This document shows, piece after piece, positions 63,135-64,000 of a DNA stretch of 64,000 nt (position 1 is the first letter of the stretch; each line of letters opens with the position of its first letter). The notes below the pieces were generated by a model that was not told where the DNA came from, did not search any database, and was given only the letters and a program-made list of their open reading frames with translations. The position numbers and the translations under genes were made by a program. The stretch is from Octopus bimaculoides (lineage: Eukaryota): NCBI RefSeq assembly GCF_001194135.2, contig NC_068998.1:43932611-43996610 (forward strand), written 5' to 3'.

Positions 63135-63290
63135 TCTGTTTTCTATGCTGGCATGGGTTGTACAGTTTGACAGGGGCTGGCAAAGCTAGGCCCTGCATCA
63201 GAATCCATAGTCTAATTTTGGCTTGGTTTCTACCACTGGATCCTCTTCCTAATGCCAAGCACTTTACAAAATGTAGTGAGACCCTTTCAC
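63135..63290 (-). mobile_element. SINE family C fragment
   Basis: ATGCTGGCATGGGTTG...GGATCCTCTTCCTAATGCCAA. Confidence 0.7.
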
Positions 63291-63631
63291 ACACATTCTG
63301 ATATAACGCATAATACGTACATACACTAGCTACACATATATTCTAAGTATTGTGCTAATAAATATCCAAATAATAAACACACACGTACACATATACCCAA
63401 TTGAACAGCACAAAAAGTAAAGAACAAAGGAAATATGTAGAGATGAAATAAGAGATCCTATACTTAAAAAGCAGATGGAGGTAAGGATAGGGAGTGTTGA
63501 TAGCTGTAAAAGAAAGTGTCAATAATGCTGTTGCCTAACCCATGCTAGCATGGAAAGTAAAACACAAGTAAAACTGAAAAAAACATATGTAATAAACATT
63601 ATCATACTTTGTTTTCTTCATATACATATAT

Positions 63632-64000
63632 ATGAGCCGGGTATACCCGACAACATTACCCTTTAACAAAAGAGTCTGCATCCCTAAACATACTCATGAC
63701 CACATGGAAGCACAGTTCACTATAGCTAGGACAAAACTTAGACAGATTTTAGAATTATACACTAAGAGACAGAGACAGAATAAGACAGAGGCCCAACAAC
63801 TTGGGAATATACCCGCAAGTGGCCTACACAAGCTCATGCAGCGCACGAAAAAGGGAGAAGTGGTATGCCTTCCCACAGATAAGTCCGGCAGAATGTCAAT
63901 AGACAGCCTGCCGAACTATATCCAGGCAATGCAACCTCACATCGCCAATACGAAGGTAACAACCTTACAGGCGCATGAGGAAAGAGAAAAAGTCCTCAAT
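63632..64000 (+). CDS. Penelope-like element RT ORF fragment, open to the window end
   Basis: 123 stop-free codons: ...LHKLMQRTKKGEVVCLPTDKSGRMSIDSLPNYIQAMQPHI..., matching the PLE RT N-terminal L..L.......V...DK(S/G)G.....Y motif. Absent from the ORF track, probably because no stop codon is reached. Confidence 0.75.
   Translation, partial: MSRVYPTTLPFNKRVCIPKHTHDHMEAQFTIARTKLRQILELYTKRQRQNKTEAQQLGNIPASGLHKLMQRTKKGEVVCLPTDKSGRMSIDSLPNYIQAMQPHIANTKVTTLQAHEEREKVLN

Overview
AT-rich, microsatellite-dense eukaryotic DNA with several N gaps. The repeat families look like those of an Octopus-type coleoid cephalopod (inference from pattern recognition, not a database search). No host gene could be identified. 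Nearly all ORFs in the supplied track are artefacts of (TA)n/(CA)n/(AAT)n repeats, gaps or SINE bodies. The window is a mosaic of tRNA-derived SINEs (a CORE-like family A, a Meta/MESC-like family B, a family C with an (ATG)n tail, plus rarer families), decayed LINEs (R4/Dong, RTE, CR1-like), a mariner transposase fragment with MITEs, and an uninterrupted Penelope-like (PLE) RT ORF running off the right end. The most striking signal is a set of hammerhead-ribozyme (HHR) elements. One family fuses a Pol III tRNA-like head to a minimal PLE-type HHR and forms a ~505-bp head-to-head palindrome (13785-14290), with a third copy at 24.5 kb. An unrelated HHR family forms a second ~430-bp palindrome (34208-34640). 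Two atypical HHR-like cores with inserted hairpins lie in tandem at 47.9-48.1 kb. A few isolated exon candidates are reported at low confidence.
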